Shown piece by piece: positions 7,752 through 16,877 of a stretch of DNA of 26,470 nucleotides (its first letter is position 1; each line of letters opens with the position of its first letter). Below the pieces are notes generated by a model. The model saw only the letters and a program-made list of their open reading frames with translations. It had not been told where the DNA came from and did no database searches. The stretch comes from a virus (taxonomy: Duplodnaviria > Heunggongvirae > Uroviricota > Caudoviricetes): IMG/VR virus record IMGVR_UViG_2698536552_000007; one strand, 5' to 3'. Position numbers and translations under genes: made by a program.

Positions 7752-8676
7752 TGATTTTTGCGCCTTTATTCTGACTCACGGGCGACCGGACAAAGTTCTG
7801 ACTTACCGGACGTTGCGTCGTGCTGGCTATACCGGGAAAATTTTTATCGTTGTTGATGATGAAGATAAGACACGGCATCAGTACATGGCTGAATTTGGTG
7901 AACAGGTGCTGGTATTTTCCAAAGCCGATATTGCTAGTCGTTTTGACGAAGCCGATAATTTTAGTGACCGCCGCTCAATTTTTTACGCCCGTAATGCCTG
8001 TTTCGACCAGGCAAAACTGGTCGGGTGTAAATACTTCATTCAGCTCGATGATGATTATCACGAGTTCCAGTTTCGGGTGGATCGCAACTATGACCAGGCC
8101 TATTTCCCGATAAGGAAACTGGATGAGATCCTTTCTGAAATGCTTGCGTACTACGAATCAATACCTGCTCTTTCCATCGCTATGTCGCAGGGCGGGGATT
8201 TTCTTGGTGACAATGGCGGCCATGCTTCGTGGGTGAAACGCAAGGCAATGAACAGCTTTATCTGTTCGGTTGATCGACCGTTCTCATTCATGGGGCGCAT
8301 TAACGAGGATGTGAATACGTACACGAATCTCGGTCGCTGTGGTGAATTGTTTATGACGATCGGTGCTGTCCAGTTAGGGCAGAAACAGACGCAGAAAAAC
8401 AGCGGCGGAATGACCGAGCTGTATCTGGATTCCGGAACCTACGTTAAAAGTTTTTACTCCGTCATGTATGCGCCGTCGTGCGTAAAAATCTCACTTATGG
8501 GTGCCAGTCATAAACGCATTCACCATCAGGTCACCTGGAACAACGCTGCAGTAAAAATCCTTCACGAAAAATACAGGAAGAAGACACCCTGCATATCAAT
8601 GGGGGTGACAAATGATTCCGTATTCGAAAGTCGAGTCTCTGGCAGCGTGCCGGATGACTGCACAACAAATCGCTGA
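7726..8676 (+). CDS. putative soluble GT-A-fold glycosyltransferase-like protein (function uncertain); alternative start at 7744
   Basis: Beta-strand/acidic motifs typical of GT-A enzymes (FILTHGRPDKV...IFIVVDDEDK and, about 80 aa later, YFIQLDDDY as a DxD-like motif). No TM segments. ATG 7744 overlaps the ParB-like stop (7749..7751). Fold assignment is pattern-based only. Confidence 0.5.
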   Translation: MAGRRNMRDDFCAFILTHGRPDKVLTYRTLRRAGYTGKIFIVVDDEDKTRHQYMAEFGEQVLVFSKADIASRFDEADNFSDRRSIFYARNACFDQAKLVGCKYFIQLDDDYHEFQFRVDRNYDQAYFPIRKLDEILSEMLAYYESIPALSIAMSQGGDFLGDNGGHASWVKRKAMNSFICSVDRPFSFMGRINEDVNTYTNLGRCGELFMTIGAVQLGQKQTQKNSGGMTELYLDSGTYVKSFYSVMYAPSCVKISLMGASHKRIHHQVTWNNAAVKILHEKYRKKTPCISMGVTNDSVFESRVSGSVPDDCTTNR

Positions 8677-8863
8677 CGTTCTGGATGTTGATCTGAACCG
8701 ACTGAAAGAAAATCGGGAAGCAATGACAGATTTTTATGCGGCCATCCGTAAGGGCAGAGCGAAAGGTGAAGCCGAGTTACGAGCGGCATTGTTTAAGCTT
8801 GCCAGAAAAGGGGATGCCTTTGCTCTGCGCGAACTACTCAGGGTGGATAAAAATCAGGACTAA
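8612..8863 (+). CDS. small putative DNA-binding (HTH-like) protein upstream of terminase small subunit
   Basis: ORF with SD ggggg 6 nt upstream of the ATG; alternative ATG at 8654. Contains an HTH-like stretch (TAQQIADVLDVDLNRL). Overlaps the 3' end of the upstream gene in another frame. Confidence 0.45.
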   Translation: MIPYSKVESLAACRMTAQQIADVLDVDLNRLKENREAMTDFYAAIRKGRAKGEAELRAALFKLARKGDAFALRELLRVDKNQD

Positions 8864-8866
8864 CTG

Positions 8867-9961
8867 ATGAGCAGACCGGACTGGGGGGCGTTGCAGCAGG
8901 AGTATATTGCTGAATACACCCGCTCCGGTATATCTCCGGTGGCATGGTGTGAAGCAAGGGGACTGAATTACGCAACAGCCCGTCGTTACATCAAAAAAAC
9001 TCCGAAAAATGCGCAGACAGAAATGTGCAAAACTGCGCAAAAAAGTGCGCAGAAAAAATCTGCGCAGACTGCACAAAAGCGGAACGAAAAATCTCAGGAA
9101 AAAAAGCCAGTATTCGATGCGGGCCTGAATGAGGGCGACGCGGAGGAATTTTCGTTCTGTCCCGATGAATTCGGCATTTCTGACCAGCAGGCTAAGTTTG
9201 CGATGCTTGTTGCTCAGGGTAAAAAGCCGACAGAGGCGTACCGACTAGCCGGTTATGAGGGGCAAGGTGCGACAGCTAACAGCAACGCCAGTCGTATGCT
9301 TAGAAATGCCAGGGTTTTTCGCGCTATCAGCTACTTCCGCAATCAGTACCAGAAACGCTATACCGCAGACCTGGATTTACTAGTGAGTCAGTTGATGGCT
9401 ATTGTCCTGGCCGACCCCAATCAGCTTGCACAATTTCGCCGTGTTAACTGCCGTTATTGCTGGGGCGAGAATCATCTCTACCAGTGGCGCGATATAGCAG
9501 AATTCGACAAGGCAGCGGCGCAGGCTTCCAGAGATGGCAAACCCGAACCGGAATATGGAGGCCTCGGCTTTGTTGATAACGCCATACCCAATCCGGACTG
9601 CCCGAAGTGCTGCGGTGAGGGAACGGGACAGCTTTATATGGCTGATACCACTCTGCTTGATGGGGATGCGCGGCAATTATATGCAGGGGCAAAATTCGGA
9701 AAATTCGGCGTTGAGATCCTGCTGGAGGATAAGGCTGCCGCCCGGCGTGAATTGTTGCGTTTGTTTTCTGCTGGCGGGGCTTTATGTGCAGATAAGCGGC
9801 TACGGGAACTGGAAATTGAACGGCGCAGAATGGAAAACCAGAAGCTGCGCAAAGAGATCGAAACGGTGGAAGATAATGAACATCCCCAGCCTGTGGCGAT
9901 CAATATTAATGTGGTTGATGCCAGAGTAAGGAGTGATGAAGATGATCTCTCCGACGCTTAA
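8867..9961 (+). CDS. terminase small subunit (Terminase_2-like core with N-terminal HTH-like region and low-complexity AQK linker)
   Basis: Motif AYRLAGYEGQGATANSNASRMLRNARV matches the small-terminase signature as I recall it. Sits immediately upstream of the large terminase gene. Confidence 0.78.
   Translation: MSRPDWGALQQEYIAEYTRSGISPVAWCEARGLNYATARRYIKKTPKNAQTEMCKTAQKSAQKKSAQTAQKRNEKSQEKKPVFDAGLNEGDAEEFSFCPDEFGISDQQAKFAMLVAQGKKPTEAYRLAGYEGQGATANSNASRMLRNARVFRAISYFRNQYQKRYTADLDLLVSQLMAIVLADPNQLAQFRRVNCRYCWGENHLYQWRDIAEFDKAAAQASRDGKPEPEYGGLGFVDNAIPNPDCPKCCGEGTGQLYMADTTLLDGDARQLYAGAKFGKFGVEILLEDKAAARRELLRLFSAGGALCADKRLRELEIERRRMENQKLRKEIETVEDNEHPQPVAININVVDARVRSDEDDLSDA
9010..9075 (+). repeat. 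array of palindromic hexamer TGCGCA (4 exact, 2 one-off variants) with A-rich spacers inside the terminase small subunit gene
   Basis: TGCGCA at 9010, 9034, 9046, 9061; TGTGCA at 9024; TGCACA at 9070. Spacing is 9-15 bp. Encodes the low-complexity AQK linker. Confidence 0.4.
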
Positions 9962-11264
9962 TGTGCCTCAGGCGCGANNNNNNNNNNNNNNNNNNNNNNN
10001 NNNNNNNNNNNNNNNNNNNNNNNNNNNNNNNNNNNNNNNNNNNNNNNNNNNNNNNNNNNNNNNNNNNNNNNNNNNNNNNNNNNNNNNNNNNNNNNNNNNN
10101 NNNNNNNNNNNNNNNNNNNNNNNNNNNNNNNNNNNNNNNNNNNNNNNNNNNNNNNNNNNNNNNNNNNNNNNNNNNNNNNNNNNNNNNNNNNNNNNNNNNN
10201 NNNNNNNNNNNNNNNNNNNNNNNNNNNNNNNNNNNNNNNNNNNNCGCCAGTATCGGGGAACCACTATCTGCAGATCGATGGAGAAGCCACAAACGATCGT
10301 CGGTTTCAAAATTGGTAATGCGTTGGTGGATGAACTGGACATTTTGCCGAAGGAAAAAGCCAGAACGGCGTGGCGCAAGATAATTGCACGTATGCGTTAT
10401 AAGATTGATGGACTTCGCAACGGTATTGACGTTACAACCACGCCGGAAGGATTCAAATTTGTCTACGAGCAGTTTGTTAAAGCCGTGCGTGAAAAAACAG
10501 AGCTGGCCTCACTGTATGGTCTGGTGCAGGCATCTACTTTCGATAATGAAAAGAACCTGCCAGCAGATTACATTCCTTCGCTTCTTGAATCATACCCTCC
10601 AGAGCTGATTAAAGCCTATCTTCGAGGACAGTTTACTAACCTGACAAGTGGTACTGTTTACCATCAGTTTGACCGGAAACTGAATAATTGCGAAGAAGTG
10701 GAGCAGCCAGGGGAGCCGATTTATATTGGGATGGATTTTAACGTTGGAAAGATGGCGGGAATCGTCCATGTGCTGCGTTTGGGGCTTCCATGTGCGGTAA
10801 CTGAAATCATCAATGCCTACGATACGCCGGATATGATCCGCATCATTAAAGAACGCTTCTGGCTGTATGATGGGAATGATTACCGGAAAGTGAGGGAAAT
10901 TTATATTTATCCAGATGCTTCCGGGGATTCCAGAAAATCAAGTAACGCAAGTACGACGGATATAGCCCAGCTTAAGCAGGCTGGTTTTAACGTTGTGGTG
11001 AACAGCTCGAACCCGCCAGTAAAAGATCGCGTTAACTCAATGAATGCAATGTTCTGCAATGCCAATGGTGAGCGTCGCTATAAAGTTAATGTGAAGCGTT
11101 GCCCGTTATATGCCGAATCTCTGGAGCAACAGGTCTGGGATGAGAAGGGGGAGCCTGATAAAAAATCTGGCAATGATCACCCGAATGATGCCGGAGGTTA
11201 TTTCATCGTTAAGCAATTCCCTATTGTCAAACCGACCGGAAGAGTCACATCACTTCGGATTTAA
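9942..11264 (+). CDS. terminase large subunit (N-terminal region masked by N block 9978..10244)
   Basis: About 440-aa ORF following the small subunit and preceding the portal gene; SD aaggag 9 nt upstream of ATG 9942. The ATPase motifs are presumably inside the masked part; the call rests mainly on synteny and size. Confidence 0.75.
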   Translation: MISPTLNVPQARXXXXXXXXXXXXXXXXXXXXXXXXXXXXXXXXXXXXXXXXXXXXXXXXXXXXXXXXXXXXXXXXXXXXXXXXXXXXXXXXXXXXXXXXXRQYRGTTICRSMEKPQTIVGFKIGNALVDELDILPKEKARTAWRKIIARMRYKIDGLRNGIDVTTTPEGFKFVYEQFVKAVREKTELASLYGLVQASTFDNEKNLPADYIPSLLESYPPELIKAYLRGQFTNLTSGTVYHQFDRKLNNCEEVEQPGEPIYIGMDFNVGKMAGIVHVLRLGLPCAVTEIINAYDTPDMIRIIKERFWLYDGNDYRKVREIYIYPDASGDSRKSSNASTTDIAQLKQAGFNVVVNSSNPPVKDRVNSMNAMFCNANGERRYKVNVKRCPLYAESLEQQVWDEKGEPDKKSGNDHPNDAGGYFIVKQFPIVKPTGRVTSLRI

Positions 11265-11266
11265 TT

Positions 11267-12673
11267 ATGGCTGATATATCAACACCCAACCTCGACTATA
11301 ACGATATGCTGGAGGCGTGGGATATTAACGACGCACTGATGGGCGGTACGCTTGAAATGCGCAGGCAGGGGGAAAATTATCTCCCAAAATGGCCTAACGA
11401 AGATGAAGACGCTTATAAAAAACGCCTGTCTGTGGCTACGCTACTTCCTGTGTATGAAGAAAGCATCAAGCAAAATATTGGGCGCATATTTGCAGAGCCG
11501 ACAGTATTGAGTGAGGAAACGCCGGCAAAAATCAGGGAATATGCAGAAAATATCGACATGGAGGGGAGCCGACTGGATGTGTGGGCGCAGCAATTTTTCA
11601 GCCTCGCATTTCAGTATGGTGTGGCACATGCGCTGGTGGACTATCCACGAACGGATATGAAAGAGATTCGGACAAAAGCCGATGAAAACGCGACCGGTGG
11701 TCGTCCGTACGTTACGATGCTGAATCCACGCCAGGTTATTGGATGGAAATCGAAAGTTGAAAAAGGGAAAGTTGTTCTCACTGATTTGCGTATAAAAGAG
11801 GTCATCATTATTGATGGTGATGATTTCGGGCAGAAGAAGGTGGAGCAGATCCGCCATATTATGCCCCGTCGAGTTGAAATTTATCGACGTAGCGAAGGCA
11901 CTAATGGCGAATCTGTCTGGACGCTTCATGAGTCATGGAATACCAGCCGTGATGATATTCCTCTGGTAACACTGTACACGAAGAAAACAGGATTTATGCG
12001 TGGTACACCGCCATTGCTTAATCTTGGCTTGCTGAATATCAAGCACTGGCAAAGCCAGAGCGAGCAGGACAATATTCTTCATGTTGCCCGCGTTCCATTG
12101 CTGGTGGCCTACGGGCTGGACAGGAATGAAGAACTGACGGTTGGTGCATCCACCGCTACGATTTTTGAGGACAGAACAAAAAATGGCCTCGAATATGTTG
12201 AACATAGTGGCGCAGCGATAGAATCTGGCGAAACATCACTTGAGAAGCTGGAAAATCAGATGCGTCATGCCGGCGCTAAACTTCTGCGTGCTGAAAATAC
12301 ATCCACCAAATCTGTTGATCAGACTAATGAAGAGCGAATGCAGGAAAACTCGCCGCTTTATACAATGGCGAACTCCCTCGAAGATGCCCTCGATAATATT
12401 CTCCAGATAATGGCGGAATGGATCGGAGAGAGTTGCGGTGGCAATGTGGATGTGCGCACTGAACTGGATGTATCTGCCCAGGTGTTTGACTCATCCTCCG
12501 CGCTGGCTGTTCAGTCATTGCGTCAGGGCGGTGATATACGTCAGATTGATGCGGTTCGGGTGTTGCAGGCGTTGAAATTTATCGATCAGGATTCCCGTCC
12601 AGAGGAAGTGATCGATGAATTAAAAAATCAGAGTGTAATGCTGATGGAAATCAATGATGCAAACCGTGAATGA
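11267..12673 (+). CDS. portal protein
   Basis: 468-aa ORF directly after the large terminase and before a Mu F-like head morphogenesis gene; acidic C-terminus. Assigned by synteny. Confidence 0.65.
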   Translation: MADISTPNLDYNDMLEAWDINDALMGGTLEMRRQGENYLPKWPNEDEDAYKKRLSVATLLPVYEESIKQNIGRIFAEPTVLSEETPAKIREYAENIDMEGSRLDVWAQQFFSLAFQYGVAHALVDYPRTDMKEIRTKADENATGGRPYVTMLNPRQVIGWKSKVEKGKVVLTDLRIKEVIIIDGDDFGQKKVEQIRHIMPRRVEIYRRSEGTNGESVWTLHESWNTSRDDIPLVTLYTKKTGFMRGTPPLLNLGLLNIKHWQSQSEQDNILHVARVPLLVAYGLDRNEELTVGASTATIFEDRTKNGLEYVEHSGAAIESGETSLEKLENQMRHAGAKLLRAENTSTKSVDQTNEERMQENSPLYTMANSLEDALDNILQIMAEWIGESCGGNVDVRTELDVSAQVFDSSSALAVQSLRQGGDIRQIDAVRVLQALKFIDQDSRPEEVIDELKNQSVMLMEINDANRE

Positions 12674-13769
12674 ACGGCTGCGTGATGAATCAATTGCTCA
12701 TGCAGTCTGGATATCCCGCTATAGCACTGGCGTGGCTGCCAGAATGGTGAAAATACTGAATGACAGCGATGCGGAACTTACTGCTCGCCTGCTGATAGCA
12801 CTGGACAGCCTCGATCCAGGTAGTTTTACCGTTAAGCGCCTGGAGTCACTTCTGGCGAGCGTCAGAGAGGTTAACCGCACTGCTATTAACAGCATGTTTA
12901 CCAGTCTCTCCGGAGAGCTGAACGAGCTGGCAATTTATGAGGCTGGTTATCAGTTAAGTCTGTTTGATTCTATGCTACCTGATTTTGTTGCTGATGTTCA
13001 CCCTCTGGTTGGTATCTCTCCTGATGCACTTTATGCCGCTGCAATGGCGCGACCATTCCAGGGACGACTGCTCAGTGAGTGGGCCTCAGATCTTGAGGCG
13101 GATCGGCTCAGACGCATAACAAATACAGTGCGTCAGGGTTTTTTGCTGGGGGATACCAATGAGCAGATCGCAAGAAAAATTCGGGGACATGTCAGTAAGG
13201 GATTTCAGGATGGTGCATTGCAGATGAGCCGGGCTAATGCGGCCAGCATTGCAAAAACAGCGGTTGGACATCTTGCTGCTACTGCCCGTGAGAGTTTTGC
13301 CAGCGCGAATAATGATTTGATTAAGGGTAAGCAATGGTTATCAACGCTTGATAATCGTACTACGCCACAATGTCGAATCAGGGATCGCCTCAAATATACG
13401 CTGAATAATAAACCTGTAGGTCACAGCGTGCCTTATTTGCAGGGGCCGGGAAAAATTCATTTCTGCTGCCGCTCAACGGAAACGTTCATTCTGAAATCAG
13501 CGAAGGAACTGGGTATTGATGTTCGCGATATTTCCCCGGCTGAGCGGGCCAGCATGGATGGCGTGGTGGCCGGAGATACAACCTACAGGGAATGGTTTTT
13601 GCGTCAGCCTTACACCAGACAAAAACAGATTGTGGGGGAAAGCCGAGCAAAGCTGATTCGGGATGGTGGTATGTCGCCAGATGAATTTTACACCGATAAA
13701 GGCGAATGGCTGACGCTGAAGCAGCTCCGTGAGCGTGATGCACAGGTATTCAGAAAAGCAGGGATTTAA
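12654..13769 (+). CDS. head morphogenesis protein (Mu gpF / SPP1 gp7-like minor head protein)
   Basis: C-terminal motif KGKQWLSTLDNRTTPQCRIRDRLKY resembles the conserved Mu F-family signature. Overlaps the portal stop. Confidence 0.72.
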   Translation: MMQTVNERLRDESIAHAVWISRYSTGVAARMVKILNDSDAELTARLLIALDSLDPGSFTVKRLESLLASVREVNRTAINSMFTSLSGELNELAIYEAGYQLSLFDSMLPDFVADVHPLVGISPDALYAAAMARPFQGRLLSEWASDLEADRLRRITNTVRQGFLLGDTNEQIARKIRGHVSKGFQDGALQMSRANAASIAKTAVGHLAATARESFASANNDLIKGKQWLSTLDNRTTPQCRIRDRLKYTLNNKPVGHSVPYLQGPGKIHFCCRSTETFILKSAKELGIDVRDISPAERASMDGVVAGDTTYREWFLRQPYTRQKQIVGESRAKLIRDGGMSPDEFYTDKGEWLTLKQLRERDAQVFRKAGI

Positions 13770-13788
13770 ATAAATCATTTATTACAAC

Positions 13789-13816
13789 AGGCTACCTTCG
13801 GGTGGCCTTTTTTATT
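13789..13816 (+). terminator. terminator-like hairpin with UUCG tetraloop and T-run
   Basis: aggctacc / ttcg / ggtggcct (one G-U pair) followed by tttttt, immediately after the head morphogenesis gene. Confidence 0.4.
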
Positions 13817-13873
13817 GCTGCGATCCGGATGGTGAGCAGCGTAACTGTCGGAAGACTTAAACCAGGTACTAAT

Positions 13874-14638
13874 ATGAAACTGAAAACGGTCGAGATTAAC
13901 GGAAAACAATACGCAGAAATTGATACTGCTGGCCTGCCAGTTTATGTGCACGACGATGGTAAAGAAATTGGCTTCGATGCACCGCTGGCGACAAAAAAAA
14001 TTACAGAGCTTAATGGCGAGGCAAAAAATCATCGCCTGGCTAAAGAAGCTGCAGAGGAAAAACTGGCTAAGTTTGCCGCTATCGAAGACCCGAAGAAGGC
14101 GATCGAGGCACTGGAAATGCTGTCAAAAATCGACCAGAAAAAGCTGCTCGATGCGGGACAGGTTGACCAGGTTAAGGCAGAAATTACGAAAAATTTTCAG
14201 CAGCAATTAGATGAAGAAAAGCAACGCTCTCAGATGCTGGAGAAGCAGCTTTACGATTCTATGATTGGCGGTAGTTTTGCGGGTTCAAAATATATTGCCG
14301 ATAAAATTGCGATTCCGGCAGATTTATTACAAGCCCGCTTCGGGCAGGCATTCAAAGTGGAAGAAGGGAGGATCGTTGCTTATGACGCTTCCGGCAACAA
14401 AATTTATTCCCGCGCGAAGCCTGGCGAACTGGCGCAGTTTGATGAGGCGCTGGAGTTCCTTGTCGAAAATTACCCTCAGAAAGACTACATCCTGAAAGCC
14501 AGTGGCAACAATGGCGGCGGCTCCCGTCCGACACAGCATGATATTGGTCAGAAAACGATGAAACGCTCTGCTTTTGATGCACTGGATGTTGCAGGTAAGC
14601 AAAACGCATTGAAAGACGGTATCACAATCGTTGATTAA
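13874..14638 (+). CDS. putative scaffolding protein
   Basis: Charged, helix-prone protein (many K/E/A/Q) located between the head morphogenesis and major capsid genes. Start chosen at ATG 13874; the ORF is open from 13802. Confidence 0.5.
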   Translation: MKLKTVEINGKQYAEIDTAGLPVYVHDDGKEIGFDAPLATKKITELNGEAKNHRLAKEAAEEKLAKFAAIEDPKKAIEALEMLSKIDQKKLLDAGQVDQVKAEITKNFQQQLDEEKQRSQMLEKQLYDSMIGGSFAGSKYIADKIAIPADLLQARFGQAFKVEEGRIVAYDASGNKIYSRAKPGELAQFDEALEFLVENYPQKDYILKASGNNGGGSRPTQHDIGQKTMKRSAFDALDVAGKQNALKDGITIVD

Positions 14639-14736
14639 CACATTTGTCAGCTTCCGGATGGGAGCTGGTGTCAGGGCTGGATAGCTCATTACTCCATCTA
14701 TTCACAATTACGCAAATTTTTAAGGAATATTTAATT

Positions 14737-15876
14737 ATGGCTGGAAATACCCTGACCGGGTTGATCCCGACTATTTATACCGCCCTGGATGTTGTATCCC
14801 GTGAGCAGGTAGGTTTTATCCCTGCGGTAGCAAAAAACGCAAAAGCTGACGCCGCAGCAAAAGATCAGACGGTAACCGCGCCAGTTGCGCCTGAGGCGAA
14901 AACCGAAGATATCGTACCGGGGCCGTCAGCTCCGAATACCGGTGATCAAAATATTGGCACTGTTGATGTAAAAATTACTAAATCCAAAATGGCACCGGTT
15001 AAATGGAATGGTGAAGAACAACTGGCTCTTGGCCCTTCAGGGACTTACAACACCATTCTGGCTGATCAGTTCAAGCAGGCTTTTCGCGCCCTTGCAAACG
15101 AGGTTGAGGCTGATCTTGGTGCGTTGTATTTCGGTGCTTCCCGCGCCGTGGGAACCGCAGGGACAACGCCGTTTGGTGTTAAAGATGATCTTTCTGATGC
15201 TGCTCTGGCTCGTCAGGTTCTGGAGGATAACGGCGCACCGACAACCGATCTGCAGATGGTGCTTGGCTCCACTGCCATTGCTAATTTGCGCGGAAAACAG
15301 TCTGTATTGTTTAAAGTGAATGAATCCGGCACTGAACAGCTACTGCGTGAGGGCGTGTTGGGGCGTCTGGAGGGATTCAATATTCACAGTTCGGCAGGTG
15401 TGAAACGAGCGCCAAAGGTTGCTGCAACTGGTTATCTCGTGAATGGAGAGAAAAAAGAAGGCGATGTTCTTATTTCCATTGATACTGGTTCGGGGAGTAT
15501 TTCTGCAGGTCAGATTGTTACGTTCGCTGGTGATCCGAATCAGTATGTTGTGGCAGCAGCGACCAGCAATCTGATTACTCTTGCAGCGCCCGGACTGCGT
15601 CAGGATCTGGCCGATGATACTGCCATCACAGTTGTTGGGGCCTTTACTGCAAATATGGCGTTTGATCGCAACGCGTTTCTGCTGGCATCCCGTACTCCGG
15701 CAATGCCGGAAGGTGGCGATAATGCTGATGATGTAATGAATGTTACGGACCCGATTTCAGGGATTACGTTCCAGATTGCACTGTATCGTCAGTATCGCCA
15801 GGTGCGCTATGAAGTTGGACTGGCATGGGGTGTTTCATCAGTGAAGCCGGCACATGGTTGTCTGATTCTTGGTTAA
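14737..15876 (+). CDS. major capsid protein
   Basis: About 380-aa ORF with SD aaggaa 9 nt upstream of the ATG, following the scaffold gene and followed by a strong hairpin terminator. Assigned by synteny. Confidence 0.72.
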   Translation: MAGNTLTGLIPTIYTALDVVSREQVGFIPAVAKNAKADAAAKDQTVTAPVAPEAKTEDIVPGPSAPNTGDQNIGTVDVKITKSKMAPVKWNGEEQLALGPSGTYNTILADQFKQAFRALANEVEADLGALYFGASRAVGTAGTTPFGVKDDLSDAALARQVLEDNGAPTTDLQMVLGSTAIANLRGKQSVLFKVNESGTEQLLREGVLGRLEGFNIHSSAGVKRAPKVAATGYLVNGEKKEGDVLISIDTGSGSISAGQIVTFAGDPNQYVVAAATSNLITLAAPGLRQDLADDTAITVVGAFTANMAFDRNAFLLASRTPAMPEGGDNADDVMNVTDPISGITFQIALYRQYRQVRYEVGLAWGVSSVKPAHGCLILG

Positions 15877-15886
15877 ACATTCAAAC

Positions 15887-15906
15887 GGGGCTTCGGCCCC
15901 ATTTTT
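15887..15906 (+). terminator. rho-independent terminator-like hairpin (ggggc / ttcg / gcccc + T5) after the capsid gene
   Basis: Perfect 5-bp GC stem with UUCG loop and attttt tail, 11 nt after the capsid stop. Confidence 0.55.
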
Positions 15907-15918
15907 AATGGGGGGCAT

Positions 15919-16095
15919 ATGGCCGGATTAACTAAAGAGCAAAGAGCACAGCGTGAAGCCGCACAAAAAACGCAAATTGAGTTAGTGGTTATGGTGACCG
16001 ATTATCAGATGTTTCCCGGCGCACCAACTATCGCTAATGTTCATCCTGATGAAGTTGACAACTGGAAGGCTATGGGCTGGAAAACTCAGGAGTAA
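15919..16095 (+). CDS. small hypothetical protein (58 aa), below the ORF-track length cutoff
   Basis: ATG preceded by a G-run. Tightly packed between the terminator and the next gene (stop 16093..16095, next ATG 16099). Translation MAGLTKEQRAQREAAQKTQIELVVMVTDYQMFPGAPTIANVHPDEVDNWKAMGWKTQE. Confidence 0.35.
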   Translation: MAGLTKEQRAQREAAQKTQIELVVMVTDYQMFPGAPTIANVHPDEVDNWKAMGWKTQE

Positions 16096-16098
16096 CAC

Positions 16099-16494
16099 AT
16101 GATCACTTACGTGACCTGTGATGACGTTGATAATGCGTTTGGGAACGCCTGGACGAGTGAGAACGCTAAAAATAAAGCTGTTTTAATGGCTAATGCCTGG
16201 CTTAATGGCTTCAACCTGAAAATTAACCCATCCCGTATTCCGGAAGAGGTAAAACTTGCGGGAGCATATGCAGCCAGAATTGCCTCATTCGGTAAGTTGT
16301 TTCAGCAGAAAAATGATTCTGGCGTTGTTATCAGTAAAGCCGTGTCGGCTGACGGGGTCAGTGTATCGAAATCATTTTCTGAGTTGCCAGCAAACAGCAC
16401 TGCATTGCTTGAACCCGATTTACAGCTTGCGATAGCACTGCTGAAACCGTACGGACTTAGTCGCTCACAAGTCAGGGTTGTGAGGGGGGGATAA
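16099..16494 (+). CDS. head-tail connector / head completion protein (by position)
   Basis: SD aggag 6 nt upstream; stop overlaps the next ATG. Position between capsid and tail genes. Confidence 0.5.
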   Translation: MITYVTCDDVDNAFGNAWTSENAKNKAVLMANAWLNGFNLKINPSRIPEEVKLAGAYAARIASFGKLFQQKNDSGVVISKAVSADGVSVSKSFSELPANSTALLEPDLQLAIALLKPYGLSRSQVRVVRGG

Positions 16495-16877
16495 TGGGGC
16501 TTCGTGAAGAGATTCAGTCAGAGGTTGCCGCTGCTTTTGATGAGGATTTAGCGGACGCCGTGAGTGATTTTTCTGGTTCTTACGTTACGCACCGGCACTG
16601 GGATCCTGTGACGGAAACTGGCGGCGAATCAACCGCAATCTATACCGGGCGAGGCGTGTTGACACGTTATAAGCTGGGCAGAATTGATGGGATTAATATT
16701 TTGCATGGTGACCTTAAATTAACCGCTCTGGTATGCGAGGTTACGGATAAACCAGCTGTCGACCATATTATTGAGATTTATGATCCTGTATCAAGGCAGT
16801 TACAACGATACGAGGTAATTACAGCAAGTGTAGATCCTTCCGCATCAGTTTACTCTATCCAGTTAAGGAGAGCGTAA
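16494..16877 (+). CDS. head-tail joining protein (by position)
   Basis: Start coupled to the upstream stop (TAATG); part of a four-gene run of ~125-aa proteins. Confidence 0.5.
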   Translation: MGLREEIQSEVAAAFDEDLADAVSDFSGSYVTHRHWDPVTETGGESTAIYTGRGVLTRYKLGRIDGINILHGDLKLTALVCEVTDKPAVDHIIEIYDPVSRQLQRYEVITASVDPSASVYSIQLRRA

